Of a stretch of 64,000 nucleotides of DNA, positions 61,862 through 64,000 are shown piece by piece. The stretch lies in assembly GCF_009914755.1 (NCBI RefSeq), contig NC_060932.1, one strand, 5' to 3'. Within the stretch, counting starts at the first letter, position 1. Each line of letters starts with the position of its first letter. The notes beneath the pieces were generated by a model that saw nothing but the letters and a program-made list of their open reading frames with translations, was not told where the DNA came from and did no database searches. The translations under genes were made by a program, and so were the position numbers. This DNA comes from the human T2T-CHM13v2.0 reference genome, Homo sapiens.

Positions 61862-62060
61862 TTTATAAAGAAAAGCAATTTATTTCTCACAGTTCTGGAA
61901 GCTGGGAAGTCCAAGATCAAGGTGCTGGCATCTGGTGAGGGCCTTCTTGCTGCATTATTCCACAGTGGAAGGCAGAGGATTACAAGAGCGAGCAAGAGAG
62001 GACTGGCCTCACCTTTATAACAACTCACTCTTGCAATAACCCATTCCTTCTACAACAACA
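61862..62060 (-). mobile_element. Internal MST LTR fragment, a local copy of 63041-63220
   Basis: About 96% identical to the neighbouring LTR; lacks both LTR termini. Confidence 0.9.
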
Positions 62061-62994
62061 ATATTAATCTCCTTTTTACAGTGAGGGAAACTGAAGTGCA
62101 GACATATTAATTTCTCCCAGTTTGTCAAATAATTCGTGGGAGAACCAGTCTCTGTGACTCCAAAGATAGGGTTCCCAACCATTGCACTATCCTACCGCTA
62201 AAAACCATGGGTTTTAACATCAAAAATATCTGAGTTCAGGTTTCCAGCTCTGCCACTAACTGACTGTGACACTGAGCAAGTCACTTAATCTCTCTGAGCT
62301 GAAGGCTATTGTGACAATTAGGTGAAGCAATGTGCTTAATTATAGTGCCTGGCACATAGTAAATGTTGAATACATATTGGCCTTTGTTATAATTGTATTA
62401 AGTGGTAGCAAGTGTGTAGAACTGACATGAGAAGCCAGGGTCTTTGATTCCTTGGCTGGAACCTGCCAGGTGGGCTACAGGGCTCCTGGCCAGATACTGG
62501 TTCTTACCAGCTGTGTTGTGAGCTGTGCCTATGCTACCTTTGTTTGTATCTCACTGGACAGGCAGGTCTGAAGCCTGGACCTGCCATCTACACTTCCACC
62601 AACCCAGGGCTAAGAATGTCACAGGCATTGTGTGACTGCAAGGTGTAAAGAAAAAAGCACTGTCAGGGAGTCAAGAGTAGGGCGTCCTAACCCAGCATAG
62701 CCACTAAACAGGCCCCTTCTCCTCTCCTCTGGGCCTCAGTTTCCCCACCTGTAGATGAAGGGTTTTACAGGTGCTGATTGCCAAGATCTGCATGTTCTGG
62801 AAACTCCTAAGCTATGATCTCCATTTAGTGTTGCCCAAGGCTTGGGTTGTGCAGTCAGACTGCCTGGGCTCAAACTCTGAGACTGAGGCCTGCTTGCTGT
62901 GTAACCTTGAGCCAAGGGCTTCTTATCTTTGCAGCCTTTGGTTTTTTCCATGATCAAAAATGGAGGATAATAACAGAGCTTGTGTTATGGGGCT

Positions 62995-63344
62995 TGTCTT
63001 TGTTGTGTGTTGCTGTAACAGAACACCACAGGCTGGGTAATTTATAAAGAAAAGCAATTTATTTCTCACAGTTCTGGAAGGTGCTGGCATCTGGTGAGGG
63101 CCTTCATGCTGCATTATTCCACGATGGAAGGCAGAGGATTACAAGAGTGAGCAAGAGAGGACTGGCCTCACTTTTATAACAACTCACTCTTGCAATAACC
63201 CACTCCTTCTGCAACAACATTAACCCATTCACGAGGGCACACCCCTCATGGCCTAATCACTTCTTAAAGGTTCCACATCCAAGTACAATAATAATGGCAA
63301 TTAAATTTCAACATGAGTTTTGGAGGAGACATTCAAACCATAGC
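62995..63344 (-). mobile_element. MST-type MaLR solo LTR, inserted in a MIR
   Basis: TGTCTT...TGCTGTAACAGAACACCACAGGCTGGGTAATTTATAAAG...TTTCAACATGAGTTTTGGAGG..ACATTCAAACCATAGCA; flanks GGGCT/AGGCT. Confidence 0.9.
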
Positions 63345-63654
63345 AAGGCTACTGTAGGGATTAAGCAAGATAATGTACCTGACATAATTCAGTGCTCAGT
63401 AAATGCTGGCTGTTAGTATTCTTCTTGTGATGATCATAGTGGATACTTGTTGACTTATTGACTTCTAGACAAGAGACCAAGAGTAGTACAAAAGGATATA
63501 GTAGAGTCAAATATTATTTACTATCAATGATTCTTGGATTGCCCCTCTGATAATAACAAAAATAACCTACCTTGAAAGTTGTGGTGGAGATTAAGATAAA
63601 AATGTAACACCACCACTGTGCTAGCTTAATACATGAAAATTGGTAGTAGAATAA

Positions 63655-63958
<304 letters not shown>

Positions 63959-64000
63959 TAAATTATTTCTATTTTAACGTTTTAGAAATTTGTTTTTCTT

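Overview
Primate, almost certainly human, non-coding DNA. I found no credible protein-coding gene, CRISPR array, tRNA or rRNA, and no new multi-gene system. Much of the window is transposon relics: about 34 Alu-family elements (including one young AluY and one FAM monomer), decayed L1, L2, L3/CR1 and MIR pieces, MaLR/ERVL solo LTRs (THE1, MST, MLT1, LTR33) and DNA transposons (Tigger3, MER1A, MER5, MER20, MER45, MER82-like). The one recognisable gene is a 45-bp-arm fold-back at 33151-33241. Its arms match the miR-4662a-5p/3p and antisense miR-4662b sequences as I recall them. If that recall holds, the window lies at human 8q24.13 upstream of MTSS1. The hairpin appears to be an inverted duplication of an old L1 3' segment. 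Other points of interest are three repeat-poor blocks rich in muscle/cardiac TF motifs, a possible lncRNA first exon near 60 kb, and several local templated duplications and perfected palindromes. Subfamily names come from recognising consensus sequences by eye, and boundaries of old repeats are approximate.
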